Shown piece by piece: positions 20,001 through 28,562 of a stretch of DNA of 64,000 bases. Position numbers and translations under genes: made by a program. Positions within the stretch are counted from its first letter, which is position 1, and each line of letters begins with the position of its first letter. This stretch comes from an uncultured Gemmatimonadota bacterium. GTDB lineage: Bacteria > GCA-2686955. The notes under the pieces are model-generated. The model worked only from the letters and a program-made list of their open reading frames with translations. It was not told where the DNA came from and ran no database searches. The stretch is from the NCBI GenBank assembly GCA_964490075.1, contig CAZBBK010000006.1:1-64000 (forward strand), given 5' to 3'.

Positions 20001-21585
20001 TGGTCACCAGCGCCGAAACGACCACGTCGTCGCCTGGCAGGGGCCGCGAAGGATCGAGGATCAGTCCCGCGAGCGGCACCGCCGCGTCGATGCCCAGGGG
20101 AGTCACCGAGTTGGCCGAACCGGGCGTGCCCCCCGGCAGCGAAACCGCCCAGTTGCCTTCTTCGTCGGCGCCGGCCGGGTCGATCCGCTCCAGCGCATTG
20201 CCGTCGCCGGGCCCGAAAGGGATGCCGTCCAGGCCGTCATCGTCGCGGTCCCCGGGGCTCTCCTCGTCCTTGGGAGTGCCGAAGGTGTCGATCACCTGGT
20301 CGCGACCGGTCCCCCCCGCCTCGTAGAGAGTCAGGGGGTCGGTGGTGGTCAGGCCGCCGCCGCCGCCGATATCCGAGCCGTCGACCGTCAGGATCACGGT
20401 GCCGGCGGGGATGGCATAGGGCTGAGGTTCTCCCCGTTCCTCCGACGCATGGTCGGGGTCGAGCACCAGCGCGTAGCCTCCGGCCGGGACCAGGGTCGTG
20501 CCGGTCACCAGACCGGGCGCCTCCAGCTCTCCATGGGTCTCGATTTGCCAGGCGATCAGCTCGTCGACCGCGTCGCCGTCGGTCAGGCTCCAGCCGGCCA
20601 GATCGACTTCGACAGCGCCGAGGTTCAGCAGCTCGACGTACTCGTCCGCCAGCCCACCCGGGATCTCGCCCTCGAAACCCGCGGGGTCGGCCATCACCTC
20701 GCTGATCGCGACCTCCGCCCGGCCAACCGTGACCGGACGATCGAGGCGGTCGTTGGCCGGATTCTCGTCGCCCGGCGCGTCGACCTCGACGGTCAGCGTG
20801 TGGGAGCCGGCGGCGGCATCGAGCCAGGTGGCCGCGACGGTGGCGGTGTCGCCCGGCGCCAGGTCGAGGATCGTGTCGGTCGCGAAGGCCGCCCCGCCGT
20901 CGAGCGCGAATCCGACTTCGGCCTGGTCGATGACTCGGATGCCGCCGTTCACGACGCCGACCTCGATCTCGATGTCGTCGCCAGGCAGCGGCATCGCCGG
21001 GATCAGGGTCAGCAGCTCGTCGAAAAGCGCCGCGTCGACATCGACCGGCGTCACCGAGTTCTTCGCGCCGGGCGTGACCCCATCGGGATCGACGCTCGCC
21101 GTCCAGTTGCTCGCGTCGTCGCCCGCCAGCGGCACGATCTTCTCTTTCGAGACACCGTCCTCGCCCCCGGACGACCAGCGGAACTTCCGCTCCCCTCCCA
21201 GGTCGTCGAGCACCGCCACCGAATCGCCGCTGTTGCCGAGCGACATCTTGATCTCGACCAGCGGCGTGCCGGGGGGCAAGGGCCACTGGCCGCGCAAGGT
21301 GGTCGAATCGTCGGCGATGACGACGAAGCCGAAGGGATCGATGGTGATCCCGCCGGGCAGAGCGGTGGTATCGGGCGACGAGCCGCCGTCGATCAGCTCC
21401 CAGCCGGTGAGATCGACGCTGTCGCCGCCGCCGTTGTGCAGCTCCACGAACTCCAGTTTGGTCTGGCTCCCCGGCTCGTTCACCAGCACCTCGTTCAGGA
21501 CCACTTCGCCACGATCGGCCGCCGCCGCCGATGCCAGCAGCCCCGCGCTCGCCGCCGCCACCCAGCGTCGCGCCCGGCCGCTCAT
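17071..21585 (-). CDS. 1504-aa secreted protein: 5 LTD + 4 CARDB-like Ig domains + FlgD/T9SS-like C-terminal domain
   Basis: Signal peptide MSGRARRWVAAA; five (V/I)xE(V/F)...E(Y/W/F)(V/I)EL.N...TPG..NS/NA units alternate with D.NP.ND Ig domains; tail PDPFSPDGNG...FDSLGRPVRTL...WDGTDDAGRSLEVGIYIL. Confidence 0.85.
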   Translation of the reverse strand: MSGRARRWVAAASAGLLASAAAADRGEVVLNEVLVNEPGSQTKLEFVELHNGGGDSVDLTGWELIDGGSSPDTTALPGGITIDPFGFVVIADDSTTLRGQWPLPPGTPLVEIKMSLGNSGDSVAVLDDLGGERKFRWSSGGEDGVSKEKIVPLAGDDASNWTASVDPDGVTPGAKNSVTPVDVDAALFDELLTLIPAMPLPGDDIEIEVGVVNGGIRVIDQAEVGFALDGGAAFATDTILDLAPGDTATVAATWLDAAAGSHTLTVEVDAPGDENPANDRLDRPVTVGRAEVAISEVMADPAGFEGEIPGGLADEYVELLNLGAVEVDLAGWSLTDGDAVDELIAWQIETHGELEAPGLVTGTTLVPAGGYALVLDPDHASEERGEPQPYAIPAGTVILTVDGSDIGGGGGLTTTDPLTLYEAGGTGRDQVIDTFGTPKDEESPGDRDDDGLDGIPFGPGDGNALERIDPAGADEEGNWAVSLPGGTPGSANSVTPLGIDAAVPLAGLILDPSRPLPGDDVVVSALVTNAGIEALATVDVDFALDGAAPFDSSVLNDLAAGDSVVVTATAVAISEGSHTFSVTATTAGDQNPDNDSAERSVLVRLQEVVISEVMSNPAGGETEIPGGVADEYIELQNLGDDAIDLAGWSLSDGDAVDDLVPWDDAQHGELEGPDLVTGTTLLPAGGFAVVLDADYAAPQRGGPQPYALAAGALILTSGDTKLGNGLATTDPLTLYDAGGQSRDYVLDTFGTPLDADDPLERDDDDLDGIPFDPGDGRSLERIDPRLPDAESNWAVSPSGGTPGKQNAATPFDVDAGISAGDVAMLSADPQPGDLVGIAVTVHNEGLQNVGPVGVTLEHSLGDSLLPIGAASSAVIEPGAVETVEIDWSDYPGGAPEVRATLSAAGDLNPDNDVVERRFGLVVVINEVVSNPEGLESEIPGGESDEWVELYNASGDSIDLDGWMLSDGDGVDTLRAWTHDDLADPDALAGTTVVPPGGYALVLDQDYVARDAAQPLDPPPGTLVVGVSDGDLATSGLSTTEPLTLFFPDGTGRADVASTFGAPVDSDDPFERDASIVGFPFDPGEGRSLERVLPGATDLVAGWRRSLATFTPGSVNSVTPVASDLSCQRLYAANPAAGPLEDLGLTVVVAVAGTTSVSGAGIELYVDADLDDILDPSELAGGPVEIAALDPGDSVEIVFEGGLEQGRHRVVARLSADDRPTNDRARLDLAVGDVDVALVVNEFMNRPDEELGQPEWIELLNASDRDIDLEGWTLGDDADRAALLGDQERLRMAPGSFVVLTQDLDKMRAAFPLVDVPVLEPTGWETLNNTDDVIALAEPQGFVVDRIPYDDAWRGRRDFEAGSSWERIDPGATAASDANWWLSVDPSGSTPGAPNSLAGGFSAGISLDVEPDPFSPDGNGFQDVAAIRYRLPSKSVFTLRVFDSLGRPVRTLVDEVGSANGVLVWDGTDDAGRSLEVGIYILLAEAQGERLLRAKRSVVIARPLR

Positions 21586-22823
21586 GGTCCGACCCCTTCG
21601 ATGACGCGGAATCCGCTGCCGTCCGACACCACGATCAGGGTTCCCTCCTCGTCGGTGCGCCGCACCTCCACGCCTGCGTCGGACCAGCGCTGCACGGCGC
21701 CCGGATCGGGATGCCCGAAGGAGTTGTCGGCGCCGACCGAGATCAGCGCCAGCTCGGCGTCGACAGCGGCCACGAAGGGCGCCGACGAGCTGAAGGCCGA
21801 GCCGTGGTGGGGCACCTGCACCACCTCCACGTCGAGCTCGGCCGCCGCGCGCTCCACCAGCTCGCCCTCGGTCTCGGTCCCGATGTCGCCGGTGAGCAGC
21901 ATCTCGAACTCCCCGAACTCCACCCGCGTCACCACCGAGAGCTCGTTCAGCTCGTCCTCCTCGGCGTCGCACTCGGTGCTCAGCGAATCGGCCGGATTGA
22001 GCACCGACAGACGGCTCTCGGCATCGATCTCGAGCTCGCGCCCGTCGGCGACGTTGTGCACCTCGAGCCCGCCGGCATCGACCAGGCTGTCGACCACCGC
22101 GTGCAGCTCGGCGAGGTCGGCGCCGCCCGCGGCACGCCGGCAGCTGCGCCACAGGGTCTGCACCGGAATCCCCCGCAGCACGGAGATGAGCCCGCCGTAG
22201 TGGTCGCGGTCCTGGTGCGTCGAGACCACCAGGTCGAGGGCGTTGACCTCGGCGCTGCGCAAGTACTGCAGCAGCCCCGGTCCCTCCTCCGGCTCCCCCC
22301 CGTCCACCATCACCTTCGGCCCCTCCGGGAACTCCACCAGGATCGCGTCGCCCTGCCCCACGTCGATCATGTGGACACGGATCTCGTCCGCCCCCAGGGC
22401 CGTGACCCTGACCCCCGCCTGGTCGTTGGAGGGGTCGTCGTCGTCGGCTTCGAGGCGTGCCAGGAAGCGATGTTCCCCCGCCGGAATCGAGTCGAGGCGG
22501 GTCGCGACCGTGAGCGAGTCGCCGGAGCTCAGCACGACGATTTCGCTCGCCTCGCCGAGCAGCTCCTCGGCGGACCCGATCTCGTCGGCGTCGGCGTCCA
22601 GGAAGAAGCTGAGCAGGGCGTGGGTGGCCAGCTCCGCACCCTGGTTGGTCACCGTGGCCTCGAGCAGCACGCTGCGGCCGACGGTGGCCGGCGACGGGCT
22701 CGCCGCCAGGCGCGTCAGGGCCAGATCGAAGGTGGAGACCTGGGGCGCGGCCGGCTCGCGCGCGCAAGCCCCGAGCACGATCAGCGACGCGATCGCCGCC
22801 CCGCTCCCTCGCCGCCCCCTCAT
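21582..22823 (-). CDS. Lipoprotein: CARDB-like Ig + ComEC-type metallo-beta-lactamase domain
   Basis: Lipobox LGAC; DVGQGDA, THQDRDHYGG, LTGD, VPHHGS, NSFGHP and RTD motifs; no membrane channel domain. Confidence 0.85.
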   Translation of the reverse strand: MRGRRGSGAAIASLIVLGACAREPAAPQVSTFDLALTRLAASPSPATVGRSVLLEATVTNQGAELATHALLSFFLDADADEIGSAEELLGEASEIVVLSSGDSLTVATRLDSIPAGEHRFLARLEADDDDPSNDQAGVRVTALGADEIRVHMIDVGQGDAILVEFPEGPKVMVDGGEPEEGPGLLQYLRSAEVNALDLVVSTHQDRDHYGGLISVLRGIPVQTLWRSCRRAAGGADLAELHAVVDSLVDAGGLEVHNVADGRELEIDAESRLSVLNPADSLSTECDAEEDELNELSVVTRVEFGEFEMLLTGDIGTETEGELVERAAAELDVEVVQVPHHGSAFSSSAPFVAAVDAELALISVGADNSFGHPDPGAVQRWSDAGVEVRRTDEEGTLIVVSDGSGFRVIEGVGP

Positions 22824-23098
22824 GACGCGCCCCCCTCCGCTTCGCCGTCCTCCGCCTCGCGCGTCATTTCGAGCAGCCTTCGCTGCAGCTCGGAGGTGCG
22901 CCCGCGCAGCGCCGCTTCCCGATCGGGGTCGCGCTGCAGCGTGATCTTCAAACAGGCGCCTTCGCCCGCCCCTTCCGGCAAGCGCTGCTGGGGCAGCAGC
23001 AGCTCCCCGCCGCCGACGATGGCGATCACCGCCCGCCCCTCCTCGATCCGATCCACGGCCGCCGCCAGCACTCGTCTCCCATCGCCGTCTTCGGTCAT
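22820..23098 (-). CDS. DUF3006-like small protein
   Basis: AVDRIEEGRAV...LPEGAGEG..L plus C-terminal helix; ATGA overlaps at both ends. Confidence 0.75.
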   Translation of the reverse strand: MTEDGDGRRVLAAAVDRIEEGRAVIAIVGGGELLLPQQRLPEGAGEGACLKITLQRDPDREAALRGRTSELQRRLLEMTREAEDGEAEGGAS

Positions 23099-24897
23099 AG
23101 CGAAATCCTGAGCCCGAGCCGGGCCTCCGTGTCGGGGTTCACCTCGCGCTCGTCATCCTGGTAGCGACGACTGCGCACCCGCGCTTCGAACTGATAACGG
23201 TCCAGGAAGCGCATCCGCTCCTCGACCTGGAGCTCCGCGTAGGCGTCGCCGGCCGAGTCGAAATCTCTGTCCACCCAGCGGAAACGCAGCCAGGGAGAAA
23301 GCGGGGCCAGCCGCCTGAGCGAGGTCTCCAGCCAGATCTCGCCAGAGTGTACATCGCCCCCCGTCGCACTGCGCGCGCGCAGCACGCCGCGCAGGCGTAG
23401 ATCGGTGTGGGCGCCGATGTCGCTGCGACCGTCCAGGATCAAGGTGCGCCGCTCGCGCGCTTCGCCCTCGGTGTCGTCGCTATCCCAGAGGTGGCTGAAC
23501 ACGGCACGGCGCCGCGTGGAGGCGCGCCACGCCAGGGTCAGATCGGCTTTGCGGTCGGTCTCGCCGTCCAGCGCGTTGGCCCAGCGCGCGAACGCCCCCT
23601 CCACACTCCAGCGCTCGGCGAGGTCGAGCTCGGTCTCGATCAGCGCTCCGCGCTCGCCGGCCTGGCGGTCGCGGATCTCTATCTCGTCCTCCGGCAGCGC
23701 GTCGAAGGCGACCCGGTCGACGTCCGCCGTGCCGCCGCCGTGCACGTTCACGAAGTCGGTGCCGTAGTGCCAGACCGTCGCCCCGCTCTCGAACACCGCG
23801 CCACGCGCCTCGACGCGCAGCTCGCTGCCGAGGCCGTGGCCGGGGCTCCACGAGCTCTCTCCCGAGATCTCCACGAGTCCGATCCTGCTCGCCCCGAAGA
23901 GCGCCAGAAAGTCGCGCTCGAACGTGTCGCCCGAGGCCGCGCCGAGCAACGACTGTCGCGCCCCCAGCGCCCCGATCGAATGCTCCGCCCAGCGCCGCTC
24001 CAGCGACGCCGCCAGCACCCGATCGCGAAGCAGCGCGTAGCGGTTCTCCGAGATCAACACCACCGGCGCCAGCGCCCCGGCGCGCAGCGCGGCGTAGAGC
24101 CCGTTGTAACGCCCCAGGCGCGGCACCAGCAGGGTGCCCACTCCCGGCCCGGGCGTGCGCAGGCTGGCGGTCAAGGCCACCCGCCGCCCGAGCGTGATCC
24201 CCATTCCGAGCTGCTCGCGAATGGTGCCGGCGATCACCCGCTGCACCGGCCCCGCGCCGGCATCGTAGGAGAGCGAGCGCTCCTCGAAGCCGGGCCGCTC
24301 GTCCTCTTCGGAGCGGGCCCGAAAGCGCAACCGAATCGCCCCCGCGCCGGCCGGCATGCGCAGATCGGCGCTGAGATCGTTGCGCAGATCGCCCCCCTCG
24401 TGAAAATCGCGCGCCGATTGCATCTTGAGCCAGCCATCGAGCTCGATCCCCGGCAGTCGCGGCAACCCCCTCGCCGGCGCCGGCGCGCCATCCTCGCGCG
24501 CCGCCAAATCGACCACCCGGGCGAAGGCCCGAAGCTGGTCCGCGTCGACCCCCGGCACGGCGACCAGGTCGGCCACCGAAACGAAGCTCTCGACCTCGTC
24601 GCGGCGCCGCTCGATCGCCCGCAAGTCGTGGGGCGTCACACCGGGCACCGCCAACAGCCGCGACAGCTCGTCGCCGTTCAGGTCGACCGGATCGCGCAAG
24701 AGCTCCAGCAGCTCATCGCGGGTCTGCTCGTCGAGCCGGCCCTCGGCGTAGGCATCCTCGACGTCCTCCTCCGACTCGAGGCGCAGGTCGGTGATGAGCT
24801 GGGCGCCCCCGTGGTCGAAGGTCGCGCAGACGAGCAGCAGCGCCAAAAGTCCTGCCGCGCGCCGGCCGCCGGAACCGTGCCGCCGGCGCCGATTCAC
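23095..24897 (-). CDS. HhH (ComEA-like) domain + predicted outer-membrane beta-barrel
   Basis: Signal peptide; PVDLN...LLAVPGVTP...FVSVADLVAVPGV HhH; C-terminal amphipathic strands ending RLGLRISL. Confidence 0.75.
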   Translation of the reverse strand: MNRRRRHGSGGRRAAGLLALLLVCATFDHGGAQLITDLRLESEEDVEDAYAEGRLDEQTRDELLELLRDPVDLNGDELSRLLAVPGVTPHDLRAIERRRDEVESFVSVADLVAVPGVDADQLRAFARVVDLAAREDGAPAPARGLPRLPGIELDGWLKMQSARDFHEGGDLRNDLSADLRMPAGAGAIRLRFRARSEEDERPGFEERSLSYDAGAGPVQRVIAGTIREQLGMGITLGRRVALTASLRTPGPGVGTLLVPRLGRYNGLYAALRAGALAPVVLISENRYALLRDRVLAASLERRWAEHSIGALGARQSLLGAASGDTFERDFLALFGASRIGLVEISGESSWSPGHGLGSELRVEARGAVFESGATVWHYGTDFVNVHGGGTADVDRVAFDALPEDEIEIRDRQAGERGALIETELDLAERWSVEGAFARWANALDGETDRKADLTLAWRASTRRRAVFSHLWDSDDTEGEARERRTLILDGRSDIGAHTDLRLRGVLRARSATGGDVHSGEIWLETSLRRLAPLSPWLRFRWVDRDFDSAGDAYAELQVEERMRFLDRYQFEARVRSRRYQDDEREVNPDTEARLGLRISL

Positions 24898-26003
24898 CGC
24901 CGCTCCGCCCGCTCGGAGATCACCTGCAGCCGCTTGCCGTCGCTGAGAAAACGAATCGTCCCCTCCCGATCGGTCCGGCGCACCTCCACCCCCGCCGCTT
25001 CGAGATGCTCGACCGTCGACTGGTGCGGGTGTCGGAACTTGTTGCGCCGGCCGCACGAGATGGCCGCGACGCTCGGCCGCACCTGGGCCAGGAAGGGCGC
25101 CGTGGTGGAGCTGCGCGATCCGTGGTGCCCCACCTTCAAGAGGCAGGCGGAGGGGATCTCTCCGGAACGTAAGAGCTCCTCTTCCTCTTCCGCCTCGGCG
25201 TCGCCGGTGAGCAGCGCCACGAAGTCGCCGTAGACGATCTCGATCACCACCGAGCTGTTGTTGACGTTCTCGTCGGGCCTCGGGTCGGGCCCCAGGACCC
25301 GCACCCGCACCCGAGGATCGAGCGCCAGCGTGTCGCCGATGGCCGCGACCCGGTAGCGGATCTGCCGCTCCGCGAGCAGTCCCAGCAGCGTTTCGTAGGT
25401 GTCGGAGGCGTAGGGCGCACCGGGGTCGACGAAGAGGCCGATGGGCAGCGCTCGCGCCACCGCGACCATGCCGCCGATGTGGTCGGCGTGGGGATGGGTG
25501 CCGACCGCGACGTCGATGCGCTCGATGCCGCGGCGCCGCAGGTAGGGCACCACCACCTTCTCGCCCATGTCGTCGGGGACCTGGAAGTAGCCGTCCTCGC
25601 CCTTGCGCGGCGTGCGGCTGTGAAAGGCGACCCCGGCGTCGACCAGCAGCGTGCGCCCGTTGGGCGCAATGACCAGGATCGCGTCGCCCTGGCCCACGTC
25701 GAGCACGGCGATCTCCAGGGTGTCGGCGCCGGCCGGCAGCGCTCTGCGCTCGATCCGGCAGCGCGGCCCGACCGGCTCCAGCCGCCCCGCTCCCTTGTGC
25801 TTCTCGACTCCCTTGGGACCGGCCGCGGGGGCCTTCGCGCGCGGCGCCGAGCTTCGGTCCGGCACCCGCCGCCGTGCCTCGATTCGATCGGTGTAGGGAT
25901 TGCGGAAGAAGCCCGACGAGCCGCAGCCAGCGACCAGCGTCGCGGCCAGCACGAGCGTGATCAGCGATCGCGGTCCGCTACGGAAGAGGGGGGATCCGAT
26001 CAT
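24894..26003 (-). CDS. Lipoprotein with ComEC-type metallo-beta-lactamase domain
   Basis: Lipobox LVAGC; DVGQGDA, THPHADHIGG, NNSSVV, LTGDAE, KVGHHGS, NKFRHPH, RTDREG. Confidence 0.88.
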   Translation of the reverse strand: MIGSPLFRSGPRSLITLVLAATLVAGCGSSGFFRNPYTDRIEARRRVPDRSSAPRAKAPAAGPKGVEKHKGAGRLEPVGPRCRIERRALPAGADTLEIAVLDVGQGDAILVIAPNGRTLLVDAGVAFHSRTPRKGEDGYFQVPDDMGEKVVVPYLRRRGIERIDVAVGTHPHADHIGGMVAVARALPIGLFVDPGAPYASDTYETLLGLLAERQIRYRVAAIGDTLALDPRVRVRVLGPDPRPDENVNNSSVVIEIVYGDFVALLTGDAEAEEEEELLRSGEIPSACLLKVGHHGSRSSTTAPFLAQVRPSVAAISCGRRNKFRHPHQSTVEHLEAAGVEVRRTDREGTIRFLSDGKRLQVISERAERR

Positions 26004-26012
26004 CGGCGCGCG

Positions 26013-27134
26013 CTATCTCAGCAACATCAGCGTCAAGACCCGCTCGGAGCCGCCCCGGGTGCTCAGACGACATCGATAGACCCCGCTGGCCAGCGCGGAT
26101 GCGTGCCACTCGAGACGATGCTCGCCGGCCGGGCGTGGCGCGTCGCGCAGCGGTGCATCGACCAGCCGTCCGCTCAGGTCGTGGATCTCGATCGTGATCC
26201 GTGCCGGCGCCGCCAAGGAGTAGGAGATCGACACCCGCGGATTGAAGGGGTTGGGACTGGCGGCTAGGGCCGTGATCGCCGCGCTCGGAGGAGCTTCCCG
26301 CCCGCCGGCATCGTCCTCCACCCCCGAGGGACTCCAGAAGTAGGCACGGCGCACCAGGGTGGTGTCGACCACGAAGGGGTTCGGCTTCTGGTCCTGGTGG
26401 ACGGCGATCAGCTCGGTGCGCGTCGCCTCCCAGGCGTCGACCGGATCGAGCGCGTGCCAGTCCCGCAGCGCGCTCTTCTGCTTGGAGAAGAAGTAGGGGT
26501 CGGCGCTGTCGGCCTGCTCCTGGTACATCGTGTAGAAGTAGAACATCGCCCGTGCCACGTTCCCCTTGTGGTCCTCGCGCGGCTCGAAGCGGACGTTCTG
26601 CTGCTCCTCGCTGTACTCGTCGATGTGGGTGAAGGGGACGTAGTCGATGTCGTAGTCGAGCCGCCACCAGCGATCGGCGTGGGGATCGTAGACCTCGCCG
26701 AAGGCCAGGCTGCCGCGAGCGGAGTTTGTCACGTCGCGGGTCGGGAAAAGGTGGTGCATGTCGGCCCTGGCCTGGCCGCTGGCGCCCTTGCTCTGGGGCC
26801 AGGTGTGCTCGGTGTTGATGCCGCGGCTCTCGGCGTAGCTCGAGGGGTCGCTGCCGGGATCGATGTAGATCGTCAGGCCGGTGTAGACGCAGGTCAGCGA
26901 GTCCTGGTGGTTGTCGATCTCGCCGAAGAGCTCGTCCTTGGCGTCGCCGTAGCTCAAGGTCTGGCCTGGCTTGTAGGAGCCGAACAGGGCGTCGAGCAGA
27001 TCGTCGCCGTAGAGATCGGGGAAGATCGGCGTGTCCTGGGCCTGGAGCGGAGAGGCCCGGAGCAGCAGGCAGCAGCCGGCCGCAAGCAGTTTGACGAGAG
27101 GGCTCTGGGGAATGGAGATCGGCACGGTGGGCAC
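26013..27134 (-). CDS. Secreted endonuclease I family (His-Me finger) nuclease with FlgD/T9SS-like C-terminal domain
   Basis: Signal peptide; NTEHTWPQS, DMHHLFPT...NSARG, FEPREDHKGNVARAMFYF, NPFV; tail PNPFNP...IHDLSGRLV...LASGVY. Confidence 0.88.
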   Translation of the reverse strand: MPTVPISIPQSPLVKLLAAGCCLLLRASPLQAQDTPIFPDLYGDDLLDALFGSYKPGQTLSYGDAKDELFGEIDNHQDSLTCVYTGLTIYIDPGSDPSSYAESRGINTEHTWPQSKGASGQARADMHHLFPTRDVTNSARGSLAFGEVYDPHADRWWRLDYDIDYVPFTHIDEYSEEQQNVRFEPREDHKGNVARAMFYFYTMYQEQADSADPYFFSKQKSALRDWHALDPVDAWEATRTELIAVHQDQKPNPFVVDTTLVRRAYFWSPSGVEDDAGGREAPPSAAITALAASPNPFNPRVSISYSLAAPARITIEIHDLSGRLVDAPLRDAPRPAGEHRLEWHASALASGVYRCRLSTRGGSERVLTLMLLR

Positions 27135-27176
27135 TCCTGGCGGCGATCTTCAGAGTAACCGCCGCCGGGCGCCGGA

Positions 27177-28562
27177 TCAGAATCCGAAGGTCAGCGCCGC
27201 CGTCACCCGGAAGAGCCGCTCCTCCACACGCTCGCGTTCGGTGCGCGGTTCGGCGGCGAAGAACAGATCGTTGATCGGATCGTCGTCGCGATAGGCCGCG
27301 TAGCCGAGGGCCCCCGCCACGTCGATCGTGGCCGGGCCGGCGCTGAGTTGGGTTCCCGCGCTGAAGCCGACCCGGTTGCGTTCGGCACCCGAGTAGGGCG
27401 CGCCGTAGGTGAAACCGAAGCGGAAAGGCGTGCCGCCCGGCAACAGGTGCTCGACCCCGAGCCGGTAGCGAGTCAGATCTTCCGGATCACGCGAGCTCAG
27501 CACATCTCCGTCGCTGGCCCAGGGCTCGTAGTCGACCTGGAACGCGAGGACCGTGCGCACCTCGTTCACCGGATGGAAGAGCAGGCCGACCGAGTGCCGC
27601 GGCGGGATCTTCGACTCCAGCGTGACCTGCTCGGTGGCAACGGAATCGCCCACCGTGGTGGTCCGGGAATCGTCGAAGTCGAGCGCCACGCCGGAGCGGA
27701 AGGCGTAGGCGAGCTCGAAGCGCTGCTCGAAGGCGAGGCGCAGGCCGCCGGTGAACGCCGTCGCCGTGGCCTCGATCTGGTTCTCCACGCTCCAGTCGGG
27801 ATAAGGAAGCAACGGCTCGTCCCAGACGATTTCGCCGGTGATCTGGTCGACGATGGTCACCGGTTCGTAGGTGACCGCCAGCTCGTTCGAGATCTCGGCC
27901 ATCAGGTAGTCGACACCGGCACCCACGGCAAGCGCCCAGCGATCGTTCGCGAAGAGCTCGTGCCCGAGCGAGAACACCGCCCGATCGATCCCCCCGCTCT
28001 GGACGAAAGAATTCGAGGCCAGCGGCAGGTCGGTGTAGTCGCCGACGATGTTCTGCGCCGGCAGCATTTCGCGGACGTCGTCGGGGAAGAACGAGACGAA
28101 CTGCCAGGGCGACAGGATTTGTTCTCGATAGGTGTAGTCGGCGACCCGCGCCGGCCGATAGGCCAGCCCGAGCACCGGCAGCTTCGGATGCACCGCCCAG
28201 GCCGCCGTCACCCCCGGGTAGCCATAACGGTGGGAGTTGAGGGCGTAGATGTTGTCGGTCAGGTAGCCGGAGAACGAGTCGTGCACCGGGTAGGAGCGAC
28301 GCTCGTCGTTGGCGTCGAGCATGCCCAGAATCTGCACCTCGACCCCTTCGTGCCCCGCCAGCGCCGCCGGGTTGGCTCCCACCGCCGCCGCGCCGCGCGC
28401 CACGGTCATTCCGGTGCCGCCCAAGGCCGTCTCGCGCGCGCCGGCGTCCTCGAAAGCTGTTCCCAGGTCCCACTCCGAGTTGGGAGCGGGGCGCGCCACG
28501 GTCGCCATGCTCAGGCCGGCGATGGTCGTGCGGAGGATGCGGATCTTCATTGGCGTCACCAT
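27177..28562 (-). CDS. FadL/PorV-like outer-membrane beta-barrel protein
   Basis: GARETALGG...NPAAL N-motif, amphipathic strands, terminal Phe (LTFGF); alternative start at 28550. Confidence 0.72.
   Translation of the reverse strand: MVTPMKIRILRTTIAGLSMATVARPAPNSEWDLGTAFEDAGARETALGGTGMTVARGAAAVGANPAALAGHEGVEVQILGMLDANDERRSYPVHDSFSGYLTDNIYALNSHRYGYPGVTAAWAVHPKLPVLGLAYRPARVADYTYREQILSPWQFVSFFPDDVREMLPAQNIVGDYTDLPLASNSFVQSGGIDRAVFSLGHELFANDRWALAVGAGVDYLMAEISNELAVTYEPVTIVDQITGEIVWDEPLLPYPDWSVENQIEATATAFTGGLRLAFEQRFELAYAFRSGVALDFDDSRTTTVGDSVATEQVTLESKIPPRHSVGLLFHPVNEVRTVLAFQVDYEPWASDGDVLSSRDPEDLTRYRLGVEHLLPGGTPFRFGFTYGAPYSGAERNRVGFSAGTQLSAGPATIDVAGALGYAAYRDDDPINDLFFAAEPRTERERVEERLFRVTAALTFGF

Noticed and set aside
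17600-21000. Repeated DNA segments as a possible CRISPR or tandem array
   Set aside because: They are in-frame protein domain duplications (LTD/CARDB) without constant repeat-spacer periodicity.
17071-22767. 1898-aa ORF as listed in the track
   Set aside because: The first ~394 codons are an off-frame overlap with the MBL lipoprotein gene; the signal peptide and ATGA coupling place the start at 21585.
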